The translations under genes were made by a program, and so were the position numbers. Positions 1 to 10,762 of a stretch of 64,000 nucleotides of DNA are shown piece by piece. Origin of the DNA: a virus. How positions within the stretch are numbered: the stretch's first letter is position 1; every line of letters starts with the position of its first letter. Under the pieces are notes generated by a model. That model saw only the letters and a program-made list of their open reading frames with translations, had not been told where the DNA came from and searched no databases. The stretch spans positions 5,172-69,171 of the IMG/VR virus record IMGVR_UViG_3300037419_000526; one strand, written 5' to 3'.

Positions 1-3000
1 GCTAATGAGCAGTTGACCTACATGCGCAACTTGATGGAGCGTGCAAAAGGTGAAGAGAATCTGACGCAACGCCTTGCCCGATTCGATAATATTATTGCAC
101 AGCAAAAAGAAAGGGCAAAGAACGACCCGGCATTCCGTGCAATGGTGGGTGATACTCTTTCGGACGATAGTATCGCAATGATGCGAAAGCAGGTAGAGCG
201 CGACAGTGTTAGGGCTGCTCCGAAGCCTAAAGCAGATGGCCTTGCTGGACTCAATGAACATTTGGCTGAAGCTAACGCCAAATACGAAATTGACAAACGT
301 TATTACGACAATCAAATCAAATTTATTGATGATCTCCAACAAAAGCGTCTAATCTCCAACTCTGCCGCTGACCACGCTAAGAAAGAGTTTCTTGAGAACG
401 AGTCGCAACTTGAGCACGCTTCACTAAAATCTCAGTTGGATATGGTTGATAACTTCTATTCCAAAGATACTCGCCTAATGGAGGATGCTGCTACTAAGCG
501 TGCTGAAATCCGTAAGCGTATTGAACGTAACGAAGCCGACACTACAGCACGTCAAGATAGGTCCGCAACTGACCCTGCTGCTCGTGCACAAAAAGAGCAA
601 GATGATGCTGATGCTAAAGCGGCACAGTTTATCAAAACAATTGCTTCTCAAACTCAAGCGCTGCAAGACAAGATTGATGCGTACAACCGCGTGCCAGAAG
701 CAGCACGGGCTGCTATCACGAATGAGAAGCAGATGCAGGATGAGTTCACTAAAGCTGAAATCGAATGGAAGCAGCAGCAGATTGACGCCATCACCGCAAT
801 GGGTGAAGGCAGCGCTGAGGAAGTTATTCGACTGAACGCTGAAAAGAAAGCTCTTGAAGATCGTGCTAAAGCCCAGAAAGCTTGGGAAGAAATTCAAGCT
901 AAGATTACTGCTGCTGCTGGACGTTCTTCTGCCCTCACCAAAGTGGCAACAGAGCAAGTTAGGATGTGGAAAGACATCGGAAGCGAGATTGAGAAATCCC
1001 TGACATCTGCATTCGGCAATGCTGGAACTGCCGCTGGTAAGATGTTCAAAGCTTTTGCAGAGGGTCAAGCTGACCAGATTAGCCTTACTAATCAAGCTCG
1101 TGTTGTGCGCGAGAATGCTTCACTCAGTGTACAAGAAAAAGAAAAGCAACTCAACGATATCCAATTGCAAGGTGCTCAGAACCAAGTTGGCATGTACGGC
1201 AATATGGCTGATGCTGCAAGTGGTTTCTTCGACAAAGGCTCCACAGGCTATCAAGCAATGGCTAAAGCTGCTATGGTGCTACACACTGCTGAAGTTGCTC
1301 TGTCCCTGATTAAAGGTGTCAATGCAATTCTGACGCAAGGTGAAGGCGATCCTTACACAGCATTTGCTCGTATGGCAGCAATGACAGCTATTGTGGCAGG
1401 GCTTGGTGTTGCAGTGACAGGTGGTGGAGGTGGCGGAGGCTTCTCTGCTGCTGACCAGCAAAAGATTCAAGGCACAGGAACTGTTCTCGGCTCTCCGACA
1501 ATTACCAATGGCACTAACGTCGTTCTTGTTGGTGAAAAGAGTAATTCGATTGCAAACTCTTTGAAGATTGCTGAGAAGAACTCTGGCCTGGGGCTGGTTG
1601 TGCAGAATGACATGCTAATCGCTTTGCAGGCGCTTAACAACAACATTGGCAAATTTGCTGCTGAGCTTGTAAAGAGTGCAAACGTCACAGATCCCGACAT
1701 CAACCTGAACACAAACAATGGCTTCGGAAAAACTGTAACAGGTATGGCACTTACAGGTGCTTTGAGTGCAGTGGGAAGTGTGATTCTTCCTGGCATCGGA
1801 ACGCTTATTGGTAATGTGGTTGGTACAGTGCTTAATAAGATTCCTGTTATAGGAAATCTTATCGGCAAGATTGGCACATCGATCTTTGGTGGCAAACAAA
1901 ATCTGGACGACTCCGGCGTGACGATGGGCAAGACTGATCTTGGTTCGCTGATGGCGAGTGGCGCTAATGCCATGTCATATGCGAACATTACGACATCTGG
2001 AGGTTGGTTCCATTCGGATAAACACGACACAAAGAAAACTTCCCTCGGTTCGGATGTAAACAATCAAATCACATCTGTCATCGATAGCATGTATTCAACA
2101 TTGCAAACGGCAGCGAATGCTCTTGGAGTCGGTGGTGATGCGTTCAATGCGAGGTTGAAAAGCTTCGTTGTTGACATTGGCAACATCAGCTTTAAAGGCT
2201 TGTCTGGCGACCAGATCACAACAGCACTGAACAATGTGTTCTCCAAGCTCGGTGACCAAATGGCACAGTTTGCTTTCTCCGATCTTCAAAATTTTCAGAA
2301 GGTTGGTGAAGGGCTGATGGAGACAGTTGTGCGGGTTGCAAACGATCTGATGCAAGTGAACGATGTGTTCAAGGTGCTCGGTCGGACAATGCCACAAGCT
2401 GCTGCTGGAATTGCTCAAGCTGAAAAGCTTGTAGATAGTTTTGGTAGCTCTGACGCATTGACAAAAGCTGTGAAATCCTATGAGGACTCTATCTACACGG
2501 ACAATGAAAAGCTTGCCCCTGTGATTAGCTCTGTCAAGGATGCGCTCAATTCAATGGGGTTGTCTAGCATCAAAACTAAAGAAGATTTCAAGCTAGTTGT
2601 TGACAGCTTGGACCTCACATCTGATTCTGGTGTTGCACTGTTCAATAAGCTGATGTTTCTTGCTCCTACATTCGGCAATGCAATTGATGGTTTGTCGAAA
2701 GCAAATCAAACAGCAAAAGATTCGCTGCAAAGTGCGATTGACAAGCTGAAGCAATTCTCCGACAACGTTCAGAAGTTCCGTGATGGTTTGGTGTTGGGTG
2801 CAAACTCTCCGCTCACCCCTGCACAGAAACTTGCAAGTGCTCAAAGCCAGTTTGATACGACGCTGAGCAAAGCAATGTCTGGTGACACTACGGCACAAGG
2901 TAATGTAACCGATGTTGCTCAATCCTATTTGGATGCTGCACGCACGCTGTACGCAAGCAGCGACGCTTATACAGCGATCTTCAATAAAGTCGAAGCAGAA

Positions 3001-3390
3001 CTTGCCAAGGCTCAGAACTTTGCAGATGGCGGTATCTCCGATTCGCAGAAGCAACTCGACACTCTCAACAACCAACTTGTTAGTTTGAACTCGTTGAATG
3101 GTACAGCAACTGATATTCTGAATAGCCTGAACAATCTCACTAACGGCACATCACCGGCAACCACTGCAACGAGCAATAGCACAACGAATCAAGAGCTTCT
3201 AACTGTACTCAAATCCCTTGTTGGAACTATTCAACAAAGCGATGAGAACAACAGTGCAGGTCTTAACAATGTTGCTGCTGCTACGTATGACGGTCAACAC
3301 GCCGCTGCGACTGCTATTGGGGAAATCGTTAAAGCCGTAATCAACGTGCCAAAAAATAGCAATGGTCTGTATGAAGTGGTGAGTAGATAA
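1..3390 (+). CDS. tail tape measure protein (5' partial; reading frame open to window edge)
   Basis: >1125 aa; Ala/Gln/Lys/Glu-rich coiled-coil N-terminal half, GGGGGGG run, Gly/Ser/Thr-rich C-terminal half; sits directly upstream of tail genes. Confidence 0.6.
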   Translation, partial: ANEQLTYMRNLMERAKGEENLTQRLARFDNIIAQQKERAKNDPAFRAMVGDTLSDDSIAMMRKQVERDSVRAAPKPKADGLAGLNEHLAEANAKYEIDKRYYDNQIKFIDDLQQKRLISNSAADHAKKEFLENESQLEHASLKSQLDMVDNFYSKDTRLMEDAATKRAEIRKRIERNEADTTARQDRSATDPAARAQKEQDDADAKAAQFIKTIASQTQALQDKIDAYNRVPEAARAAITNEKQMQDEFTKAEIEWKQQQIDAITAMGEGSAEEVIRLNAEKKALEDRAKAQKAWEEIQAKITAAAGRSSALTKVATEQVRMWKDIGSEIEKSLTSAFGNAGTAAGKMFKAFAEGQADQISLTNQARVVRENASLSVQEKEKQLNDIQLQGAQNQVGMYGNMADAASGFFDKGSTGYQAMAKAAMVLHTAEVALSLIKGVNAILTQGEGDPYTAFARMAAMTAIVAGLGVAVTGGGGGGGFSAADQQKIQGTGTVLGSPTITNGTNVVLVGEKSNSIANSLKIAEKNSGLGLVVQNDMLIALQALNNNIGKFAAELVKSANVTDPDINLNTNNGFGKTVTGMALTGALSAVGSVILPGIGTLIGNVVGTVLNKIPVIGNLIGKIGTSIFGGKQNLDDSGVTMGKTDLGSLMASGANAMSYANITTSGGWFHSDKHDTKKTSLGSDVNNQITSVIDSMYSTLQTAANALGVGGDAFNARLKSFVVDIGNISFKGLSGDQITTALNNVFSKLGDQMAQFAFSDLQNFQKVGEGLMETVVRVANDLMQVNDVFKVLGRTMPQAAAGIAQAEKLVDSFGSSDALTKAVKSYEDSIYTDNEKLAPVISSVKDALNSMGLSSIKTKEDFKLVVDSLDLTSDSGVALFNKLMFLAPTFGNAIDGLSKANQTAKDSLQSAIDKLKQFSDNVQKFRDGLVLGANSPLTPAQKLASAQSQFDTTLSKAMSGDTTAQGNVTDVAQSYLDAARTLYASSDAYTAIFNKVEAELAKAQNFADGGISDSQKQLDTLNNQLVSLNSLNGTATDILNSLNNLTNGTSPATTATSNSTTNQELLTVLKSLVGTIQQSDENNSAGLNNVAAATYDGQHAAATAIGEIVKAVINVPKNSNGLYEVVSR

Positions 3391-3401
3391 GAAAGGAAAA
3401 T

Positions 3402-4883
3402 ATGGTAGATTTTACTTCTTGGCTAAGTGATCCTACCGTCCCTCGTATTGTAATTGTAGAAGTAAATGTGAAAAGTGGCGGGTCAGAAATTACCCGCTAT
3501 CTTTCCACTAAAGCTTATGTTACGTCTCCAACAGATGCAACACCAAATAGGTATTACGAACCCATCATTGTTGGTGGGATTCAATATACTGAAGTGCTAG
3601 ATATTGCAGGTACAGGTGGGATGTCTGGTGGAGACATTACGATAGCAAACTACAATGGTGAGAGGGACGATTGGCTGAACGATGTGTGGGACAATCGCAG
3701 TATCAAGGCGTGGATTGGTGATCCTAGTTGGGCTAGGGCTGACTTCCAGCCAATCTTCAATGGTATTGTGGCGACACTGTCAGGTTCTTCCAATGACACT
3801 CTTACGATCACTATTCGGGATAAGCTTCAACAACTGAATGCACCTGTGACCGATCAGAAGATTGGCGGAACAGGAACTAACAAAGATAATGTCGTCAGCC
3901 TTTGTTTTGGTGAAGTGCACAACATCACTCCACAGTTGGCCCCTGTTGATCCTATCACTGGCAACACGCTCACGTATCAAGTTCACAATGGACCTATCGA
4001 GGGTTTCCTTGAAGTAAGGGATAATGGGCAACCTGTCAGTGTCACTGTACATCCCTCGACAGGCACGTTCACACTGAACCAAGCATCTGCTGGCGAAATC
4101 ACAGTGTCTGTACAAGGTGATAAAAACACTACGTACATTAACACGATTTCTAAAGTGATTCAAAGGCTAGCAACAGGGTATGGCAGTGCCTCATCTCGAT
4201 TCACTTCGGCAGATTTGGATGCTACGAATCTTGCCGCATTCGATACACAGTGCCCGCAGCCAATTGGTGTGTACGCAGATGGGAATACGAATCTGCTCAC
4301 TCTTTGCCAAGACATCGCCGCCAGCGTGGATGCGCGCATCGTAATGTCCCGCACAGGTCTTATGCAACTGTTGCAAGTAACTGTCCCAGGGTTTGGCACT
4401 GCTGTTCCTATCGGACCTTCGCAGATTATTGCTAAGTCCCTTACCATTGCAGAGCGACCTTTCGTTAAAGCTGCCGTCATGCTTGGCTTCGATAAGAACT
4501 GGACAGTGCAGAACAATCTTCTGACAGGTATTCCAGAGGCGCATAAGACGATGTTTGCAACAGAGTGGCTTACGTCTACCTCTACAAACTTGCAAGCAAA
4601 AGCTGACTACAAGCTGAACGATGCCCCTCCTCAGACAGACACAATGTTGAAGCGCCGCACTGATGCAGATGCAGAAGCAAATCGGCGTGTAGCTGTATGG
4701 AGCACGCCTCGCACAGTGTTTCAGTTTGAAGGTACGTCCGATCTTATCGGTTCTTTGTCTCTTGGCTGTGCTGCAACTCTTACACATCCTCGCTTTGGGC
4801 TCTCTAGTGGTAAGACAGGCACAGTGGTGTCGCTATCCCCTAACTGGTTTAAGGGAACTATTACAGTTAAGATTTTAGTATAA
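3402..4883 (+). CDS. tail structural protein (distal/minor tail protein candidate)
   Basis: 493 aa; GAAAGGAAAATATG RBS 12 nt after tape measure stop; Thr/Gly/Val-rich beta-type composition; position. Confidence 0.45.
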   Translation: MVDFTSWLSDPTVPRIVIVEVNVKSGGSEITRYLSTKAYVTSPTDATPNRYYEPIIVGGIQYTEVLDIAGTGGMSGGDITIANYNGERDDWLNDVWDNRSIKAWIGDPSWARADFQPIFNGIVATLSGSSNDTLTITIRDKLQQLNAPVTDQKIGGTGTNKDNVVSLCFGEVHNITPQLAPVDPITGNTLTYQVHNGPIEGFLEVRDNGQPVSVTVHPSTGTFTLNQASAGEITVSVQGDKNTTYINTISKVIQRLATGYGSASSRFTSADLDATNLAAFDTQCPQPIGVYADGNTNLLTLCQDIAASVDARIVMSRTGLMQLLQVTVPGFGTAVPIGPSQIIAKSLTIAERPFVKAAVMLGFDKNWTVQNNLLTGIPEAHKTMFATEWLTSTSTNLQAKADYKLNDAPPQTDTMLKRRTDADAEANRRVAVWSTPRTVFQFEGTSDLIGSLSLGCAATLTHPRFGLSSGKTGTVVSLSPNWFKGTITVKILV

Positions 4884-4893
4884 AGGAATTTAA

Positions 4894-7713
4894 ATGGCAA
4901 CAGTGATTGGCGACCGTGATGTGCTACTACTTGGTAGTAGTCAGCGGGCATTGAATCCGCTAGGGGCGGACATCCTGCTTCAATTAAGTGCACCTCTGTT
5001 TAAAGTGGACACAAGCGGAAATCCCCTCCCTTCCACCATCACTGTCACTGCCAACCTTATTAGCTTGACGGGCACGGTGTCGTTTAGTGCAACTGGTGCA
5101 ACAGTTACGAATAACAATGATAACACAGCCACTGTTGCATACTCTAGCTTAACTGGTAATGCGTGCACAATTACAGCAAGCTTGACATCCAATGGTCAAG
5201 TGTTTAACCGCAGTGTACAGATTACTAAATTTACTGATGGTAGCAAAGGTGATAACGGCACAAGCGGTAATCAGTATGCGACCGTTTACTTGTATCAATG
5301 GTCCGCTTCTACGCCTGCTAAGCCTAACGGCACTAGCGGCTATACTTGGGCGACGGGCATCAACAGCACGTACAACGGCACGGACCAATGGCAGATTACT
5401 GCTACGAATCCTGGCACTCCGGGCCTGAAGCTGTATGTTGCTGCTGTCCAAATTACCGCTGCTGGAGGTACAGCGTCTACCGTTGTGTCTTACACCAATG
5501 CATCGGTTCAAGTGTGGGCTCAGAATGGCAATAACGGTGTGAGCGGGTATCAGTCTGCAACGATTCAAGTATATCGTTGGGACTCTTCTACAGCCCCTGC
5601 TGGCCCTGCCGGTACGGGCACATACACGTGGTCGTCTGGAGACTTTGGAGCAGCTCCAACATCTCCGACAGTGTGGACCCTTGCCCCTGGCATTGCACCC
5701 TCGCAGGGCCTTACGTTGTGGGCTGCTAAGCTACAGATTATTGACTCTGCAACGGTTACTCAAACAGCTTACAACTGGACTTCGGCAGCAATTGTTGCTG
5801 TGGGTTCTTCTGGATCGAATGGAGATGCAGGACCAAGTGGTGCATCTTATGTTACGGCTTACTGCGCATCTACCACAGGAACGACAAGTACAACTCCTGC
5901 ACAAACAACAGGCAAGACAAGTCTGCCAGCTACAAATGATGGCGGCATTACTGGCACATGGTCTTCTACAGTTCCGGCACTGTCTGTCAATCAATATCTC
6001 TACCAATCTGACGGTATTTACGACCCTACTACGAATAAAGTTACTTGGTCTATTCCTTATTGGTCTTCCCTGAAAGTGGGCAGCTTGTCCGCCATTACGG
6101 CAAATCTAGGTTCGATTAATGCAGGATCGATTGATCTTGGCTCTGGCAAGATTGTTCTGCAAAATGATGGCACAGCGACTTTCAGAAAAATTACAATTGT
6201 TGATGATTCAACCGGCGCGACGATTCTTAATGCTGGTGGGCTCAGTGCAGCCTATGCGGCGCCGGGGACACTTAATAGTCAGCAGCAGTGGTCAGAGGTG
6301 GGTGGCACAGGTAGGCCAGCCGATAATGCTACAAGTGATGTTACACTGATTGGTTATAACCACGTGTCTGTTGTAGGTAACCGTGCAGTAAAAAATGGTG
6401 GTGACAACTCCTGGGACTCACAGTTTCAAAGCCTAGACGGTTTTATTGGGGGGGCATATGCATCTGCTAAAATCGATGTCCCAGGTTTAATGATGTTTGG
6501 CTTAAACATCGACCCTGACTCTGATGCGGACTACAGGACAATTGATTACGCAATCTACCCTTTTAGCGATGGCAACCTGTACGCTTATAATAATGGAACC
6601 CCATTGAACAGTGGTAATTCAATTGGCTCATATTCCACGGGGGACGTTTTAAGCGTGATATACGACGGAACGAAGCTATATTGGATAAGAAACGGTGCAG
6701 TTCTATATACTTACACACCACCTGCACGAATAACTGCACCGCTTTATATCGACAGTTCGTTTTGTTCGGCAGGCGCGGCATTATCTAATATTCGTTTTGG
6801 TCCGATGACATCTAATAACTTCGCAGATGTCGGAGGTTCCACAAAACCTGAAAACAATGCAACAGTTGGAGCACCTGCCGGTACTAATGTCGGTAGCACC
6901 TCTGCTACAACCGTGGAATCTAATGCAGCTAACGGCAACTCAGCTTACAACGCCGTCAATGATGCTACAAATGGTCTTGCCCAAAAGCTGAAATCCAACG
7001 CACAAAACATTCTATCAGGTGGTGCAGGTTTATCGGCAGGTACGCTTGCATGGGACGGCTCTGGCAATCGTGTAAGCGGCTACGGCGTTGGCATGAACCG
7101 GAATGGTATTGTTGCGTACAACAGCAGTGGTGTTGCTACGTTTACCCTTGATGCAACAAATGGTAACGCAACGTTCGCAGGAACGTTGGCATCTGCATCA
7201 GGCACATTTGGCGCCGTTACTGTGGCATCAGGCGGCTACGTAGCATCAGGTCAAACCGCATATAATACAGGCACTGGATTCTTTCTCGGATACAGCGGCA
7301 GCACTGCTGTTTTCAGCTTGGGTGTTGCAAATGGGACAGGGATTCGCTGGGATGGCACATCCCTCACCATTCAGAATCCGATTATTGCAACCCCATTTAG
7401 TGCCACTATTACAAGCAGCTCTAATTCGTACACAATCTCTCACACTGCTACAAATGGTTTTGGTGGCACATACACCGTAAACCCAACCAACGGCACTGGG
7501 CCGTATACGTATTCGTGGAGCGTTAGCACGTCCGGCATTTCTCGTGGATGGGTTGGCGGGTCGTCTACGAACTATCAAGCGCAGCTATCGATTGAGTCCA
7601 ATGGGCGTTTGAACGGCGACCAGCAGGATTTTTATATGACCTGTGTTGTTACCGACACATCTTCTAATGTCTCTAAAACTGTCACTTATCTTACGACTAT
7701 TTATTTCTCATGA
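4894..7713 (+). CDS. tail fibre / receptor-binding protein with three tandem ~90-aa internal repeats
   Basis: 939 aa; Gly/Thr/Ser/Asn-rich; repeats DGSKGDNGTSGNQYATVYLYQW.. / NGNNGVSGYQSATIQVYRW.. / GSNGDAGPSGASYVTAYCAS..; downstream of tail proteins. Confidence 0.55.
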   Translation: MATVIGDRDVLLLGSSQRALNPLGADILLQLSAPLFKVDTSGNPLPSTITVTANLISLTGTVSFSATGATVTNNNDNTATVAYSSLTGNACTITASLTSNGQVFNRSVQITKFTDGSKGDNGTSGNQYATVYLYQWSASTPAKPNGTSGYTWATGINSTYNGTDQWQITATNPGTPGLKLYVAAVQITAAGGTASTVVSYTNASVQVWAQNGNNGVSGYQSATIQVYRWDSSTAPAGPAGTGTYTWSSGDFGAAPTSPTVWTLAPGIAPSQGLTLWAAKLQIIDSATVTQTAYNWTSAAIVAVGSSGSNGDAGPSGASYVTAYCASTTGTTSTTPAQTTGKTSLPATNDGGITGTWSSTVPALSVNQYLYQSDGIYDPTTNKVTWSIPYWSSLKVGSLSAITANLGSINAGSIDLGSGKIVLQNDGTATFRKITIVDDSTGATILNAGGLSAAYAAPGTLNSQQQWSEVGGTGRPADNATSDVTLIGYNHVSVVGNRAVKNGGDNSWDSQFQSLDGFIGGAYASAKIDVPGLMMFGLNIDPDSDADYRTIDYAIYPFSDGNLYAYNNGTPLNSGNSIGSYSTGDVLSVIYDGTKLYWIRNGAVLYTYTPPARITAPLYIDSSFCSAGAALSNIRFGPMTSNNFADVGGSTKPENNATVGAPAGTNVGSTSATTVESNAANGNSAYNAVNDATNGLAQKLKSNAQNILSGGAGLSAGTLAWDGSGNRVSGYGVGMNRNGIVAYNSSGVATFTLDATNGNATFAGTLASASGTFGAVTVASGGYVASGQTAYNTGTGFFLGYSGSTAVFSLGVANGTGIRWDGTSLTIQNPIIATPFSATITSSSNSYTISHTATNGFGGTYTVNPTNGTGPYTYSWSVSTSGISRGWVGGSSTNYQAQLSIESNGRLNGDQQDFYMTCVVTDTSSNVSKTVTYLTTIYFS

Positions 7714-8321
7714 CTCAATTCGTAGCTGTCGATAAAACCACAAACCGAGTTCTGTTTGGCGTTGGCAGGCCAGACGCCCCGGATTTGGAAGGGCCAATGA
7801 ACGCACCACCTCTGGACGAGGATAATATTGTTTACTACTCTTGGCAAGGCGATCTGCGTTTAAGCGATGGCCCTACACCTAATGCCTTGCTGGAATGGCA
7901 TGATGCACCTGTGTGGGTTGTTTCTATTGAAGACATCATAGCTCATGCCATTTCTCAAATTGATGATACAGCAGACAGCGTAAGAATGCTAGTGCTTTCC
8001 AAACAAACTAACACTGCCGAATATCTCCGTGCGGAGCAACAAGCACGTGAGTTTAAGACTGCTGGATACCCTGCTGATAGCGTCCCCCCGTGCGTTCAAA
8101 GTTGGGTTGATGCTAAGTGGAGGGATAATTGGACAGCACAACAAGCTGCCGACAATATTATCAGCACAGCGGACAATTGGTATGGCTTGCTGGAATCCAT
8201 CAGAAAAATCAGGTTGATTGCTAAAGAGGATGTTAGGCACGCTGCCACTGAACAAGCCGTGGCTGACAGAGTTAATACTGCCAAGTCCGATCTGTTCGCT
8301 GTGCTTTCTCAAGCTGTGTAA
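7710..8321 (+). CDS. hypothetical tail-associated protein (fibre assembly/chaperone candidate)
   Basis: 203 aa; ATGA start-stop overlap with fibre gene suggests translational coupling. Confidence 0.4.
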   Translation: MTQFVAVDKTTNRVLFGVGRPDAPDLEGPMNAPPLDEDNIVYYSWQGDLRLSDGPTPNALLEWHDAPVWVVSIEDIIAHAISQIDDTADSVRMLVLSKQTNTAEYLRAEQQAREFKTAGYPADSVPPCVQSWVDAKWRDNWTAQQAADNIISTADNWYGLLESIRKIRLIAKEDVRHAATEQAVADRVNTAKSDLFAVLSQAV

Positions 8322-8323
8322 TT

Positions 8324-8352
8324 TTGACTTAAAGCATTAAGAGTGTTATAAT
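8324..8352 (+). promoter_or_regulatory. sigma70-like promoter TTGACT-N17-TATAAT
   Basis: TTGACT 8324-8329, 17-bp spacer, TATAAT 8347-8352; 27 nt upstream of the 8380 TTG start. Confidence 0.45.
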
Positions 8353-8379
8353 CTATAACATTGTTAAAGGAGAGATTGA

Positions 8380-9204
8380 TTGTCTAATCTACGAGTAATT
8401 TATGATAATGCGGCAGATAGAGCGACACTTTCCTCCTCTGCCACGGCTAGTGGCCTCCCTGTTGCAAATCTTAAAAGTGATGTTAAATCTAAAGTTTGCC
8501 GCAGCACGTCCAAAACACTCACCATCACTGCTACTTGGTCTGCTGCCGAAACTATTGATGGGATTGCTCTTGCATTCACTAATGGGAGTAGCACAGCTAC
8601 GATGCAGGCGCAGTTCTACACCGTGAGCACGGACGCCGATCCCGTGCTAGATACAGGCGCTCTAACGTGCTGCCCTTCAGCTTCCACTAAGTTGTGGGCG
8701 TCCGGGCAAGGGGTGAATAGCTTTGCGTATGGTGGTGGTGTGTATGCTCGGCTTTGGCTTAGCAGCAAAGTGGTAGCGCAAAAGGTTGTTATCACGATCA
8801 CTGACACGAACAATCTTGCTGCGTATTTTGAAGCAAGTCGGCTTGTTATTGGCAATAGTTGGACACCATCGGTTGTGGAGGCTCAAGGTACGACGCTGCA
8901 AGTGGCTGACACAAGCTCTCACACCCGTACAGATGCAGGCGACCTTTACACTTATGTGGGCACAAAACATCGTAAGCAAGCCTTGAATCTTGCCAGTATC
9001 GAGCCAGCTTCGCGTAAGCAGTTGTGGGATATTCTATTTGGCAATGGTCTAAGTAAAGCAGTGTTCTTAAGTGTATATCCGAACAATCAAGACCCCAGCC
9101 TAGAGGCAGTGTACATGCTTTATGGACGGCTCACGTCTACTCCATCAATGCAGACTCCTTATTTTAACTATTTAGCTGCCACTATAGAAATAGAAGAGGT
9201 TTGA
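8380..9204 (+). CDS. hypothetical protein (tail/adsorption-associated candidate)
   Basis: 274 aa; TTG start preceded by AAAGGAGAG RBS; Thr/Ser/Ala-rich. Confidence 0.45.
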   Translation: MSNLRVIYDNAADRATLSSSATASGLPVANLKSDVKSKVCRSTSKTLTITATWSAAETIDGIALAFTNGSSTATMQAQFYTVSTDADPVLDTGALTCCPSASTKLWASGQGVNSFAYGGGVYARLWLSSKVVAQKVVITITDTNNLAAYFEASRLVIGNSWTPSVVEAQGTTLQVADTSSHTRTDAGDLYTYVGTKHRKQALNLASIEPASRKQLWDILFGNGLSKAVFLSVYPNNQDPSLEAVYMLYGRLTSTPSMQTPYFNYLAATIEIEEV

Positions 9205-9205
9205 C

Positions 9206-9997
9206 TTGCAAACTCCAATTTTCAGAAAAACGGGTGGAATTTACATAATCTACAACACCATTAATGGTAAAGTCTACGTTGGCAGTTCAGTAGACCTTCG
9301 CGGAAGAAAAAGTCACCATATTGGTGCCCTTAAAAGAGGTGTGCATGGTAACAAGCACCTTCAATCCGCGTGGAGGAAATACGGGGAGGATGCTTTCTCC
9401 TTTCGCGTTCTTGAAGAAGTGGTTGACAATAAGAGTCTTGTCGAAATAGAGCAACAATGGATCGACTTATTTGAGGCCAGCAACAGTCTCTATGGCTACA
9501 ATATTGCACGTATTGCCGGTAGCTGTGTTGGGATTGTAAAATCAGCGGAGACTTGTAGAAAAATATCGGAGAGTAAAAAGGGTAAGGTAGTTCATTCTGA
9601 CGAAGTAAAGAAGAAAATTTCCGAATCGTGTAAGAAATTTTATGACGACAACCCTTCAGCTAGAACGGCCGCTGGTGATAGGTCGAGAGGCAGAAAATTT
9701 AGCGAGAGCCAGCGAAACAACATGTCAAAAGCTCGCAAAGGGGTATCTAATGGCCCTTTTTCCGAGGAGGCACGTAGAAATATATCAGAAGGTACAAAGG
9801 GGCGAATACAATCTCAAGAAACGAGGGATAAGATAAGCTCTACGAAAAAAGAGCGAAATGCTAACTTATCTGATGAGGAAAAGCTCAAAAGAGAAGAGGC
9901 CCATAGACGCAGTTGGGAAACGCGTAAAGCCAATATGAAAGCTAAAAAGCTAAAGGAACAGCAAACATGCGATACTCCGACATTAGAAGCGGCTTGA
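9206..9997 (+). CDS. GIY-YIG homing endonuclease with NUMOD3-like repeats
   Basis: N-terminal GGIYIIYN...GKVYVGSS...R..H motif; repeated SESKKGK / SESQRNNMSKARKG / SEEARRNISEGTKG modules; TTG start with GAAGAGG RBS. Confidence 0.75.
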   Translation: MQTPIFRKTGGIYIIYNTINGKVYVGSSVDLRGRKSHHIGALKRGVHGNKHLQSAWRKYGEDAFSFRVLEEVVDNKSLVEIEQQWIDLFEASNSLYGYNIARIAGSCVGIVKSAETCRKISESKKGKVVHSDEVKKKISESCKKFYDDNPSARTAAGDRSRGRKFSESQRNNMSKARKGVSNGPFSEEARRNISEGTKGRIQSQETRDKISSTKKERNANLSDEEKLKREEAHRRSWETRKANMKAKKLKEQQTCDTPTLEAA

Positions 9998-10473
9998 ACT
10001 CTGGCGACATTCTGGTCTGCTCGCATCACCCTTGGAAAACCATTTCCGACGTCGAGTCCCATATTGTACGCATGGCTTGCGAGTCTGAATATAGTCATGT
10101 GGCAGTTATTCTTGTTAAAGATGGTGTCCCTCACGTCATAGAAGCCATTGTACCACAAGTTTGTGTTAGCCCCCTAGAAAAGTATCTTGATTACGGATTC
10201 TTCTTGATTCAGACTCCTGATAAACCAATGACATCCGAAGAAGAGTCTTATGGCCTGTCTCATGTTGGCGACCAGTACAGTAAGGTTCAGGCTGTCGAGG
10301 GGTTCTTCAACATGCTTGACATAGCACAAGACTTGAAATGGCAGTGTAGCGAACTCACCATTTCTATGCGAAGACTATCAGGGTTAGATTTAGGCCCGAC
10401 CGCCACACCAGCCGCTGTTGTACAACGCGCCCTCTCCTTGGGCTACACATTGCAGTTCATTGAGAAGGGTTAG
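9967..10473 (+). CDS. putative NlpC/P60-LRAT-type (papain-like) hydrolase
   Basis: 168 aa; conserved His in SHVAVIL segment and Cys in KWQCSELT resembling the H..H..NCEHF arrangement; AAGGAA RBS. Confidence 0.35.
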   Translation: MRYSDIRSGLNSGDILVCSHHPWKTISDVESHIVRMACESEYSHVAVILVKDGVPHVIEAIVPQVCVSPLEKYLDYGFFLIQTPDKPMTSEEESYGLSHVGDQYSKVQAVEGFFNMLDIAQDLKWQCSELTISMRRLSGLDLGPTATPAAVVQRALSLGYTLQFIEKG

Positions 10474-10474
10474 C

Positions 10475-10762
10475 ATGGAAACAGTTGAAATTTTGAAGTA
10501 TGCGCTGGGTTTGATTCAAATTCTGATGTCAGCGTGGTGCTGGCACATGTACAACGAAATTGGCAAAGCCAAGGATGCGACTACTAGAGTGGAAAAAGAG
10601 CTTTCTGATCACAAGTTACATACGAGTGAAACTTACATGACCAAGAGTGAGTTGACAAGAGCATTCGACACCATCTCGCGCAACATCGAATCGTTGGGGC
10701 AATCCCTCGGCGCTCGATTTGACAAGATGGAGGAGAAGCTAGATAGGAAGGCGGACAAATAA
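10475..10762 (+). CDS. small membrane protein with N-terminal TM and C-terminal coiled coil (holin or i-spanin-like lysis protein)
   Basis: 95 aa from METVEIL; TM ILKYALGLIQILMSAWCW; immediately upstream of and abutting endolysin. Confidence 0.4.
   Translation: METVEILKYALGLIQILMSAWCWHMYNEIGKAKDATTRVEKELSDHKLHTSETYMTKSELTRAFDTISRNIESLGQSLGARFDKMEEKLDRKADK

Noticed and set aside
18-3075. Multiple 60-200 aa minus-strand ORFs inside the tape-measure gene (e.g. 475..1095, 1467..2063, 2593..3075)
   Set aside because: They lie antisense within a long, compositionally biased coding region. They have no RBS context and Ser/Cys/Leu-rich low-complexity translations. These are shadow ORFs.
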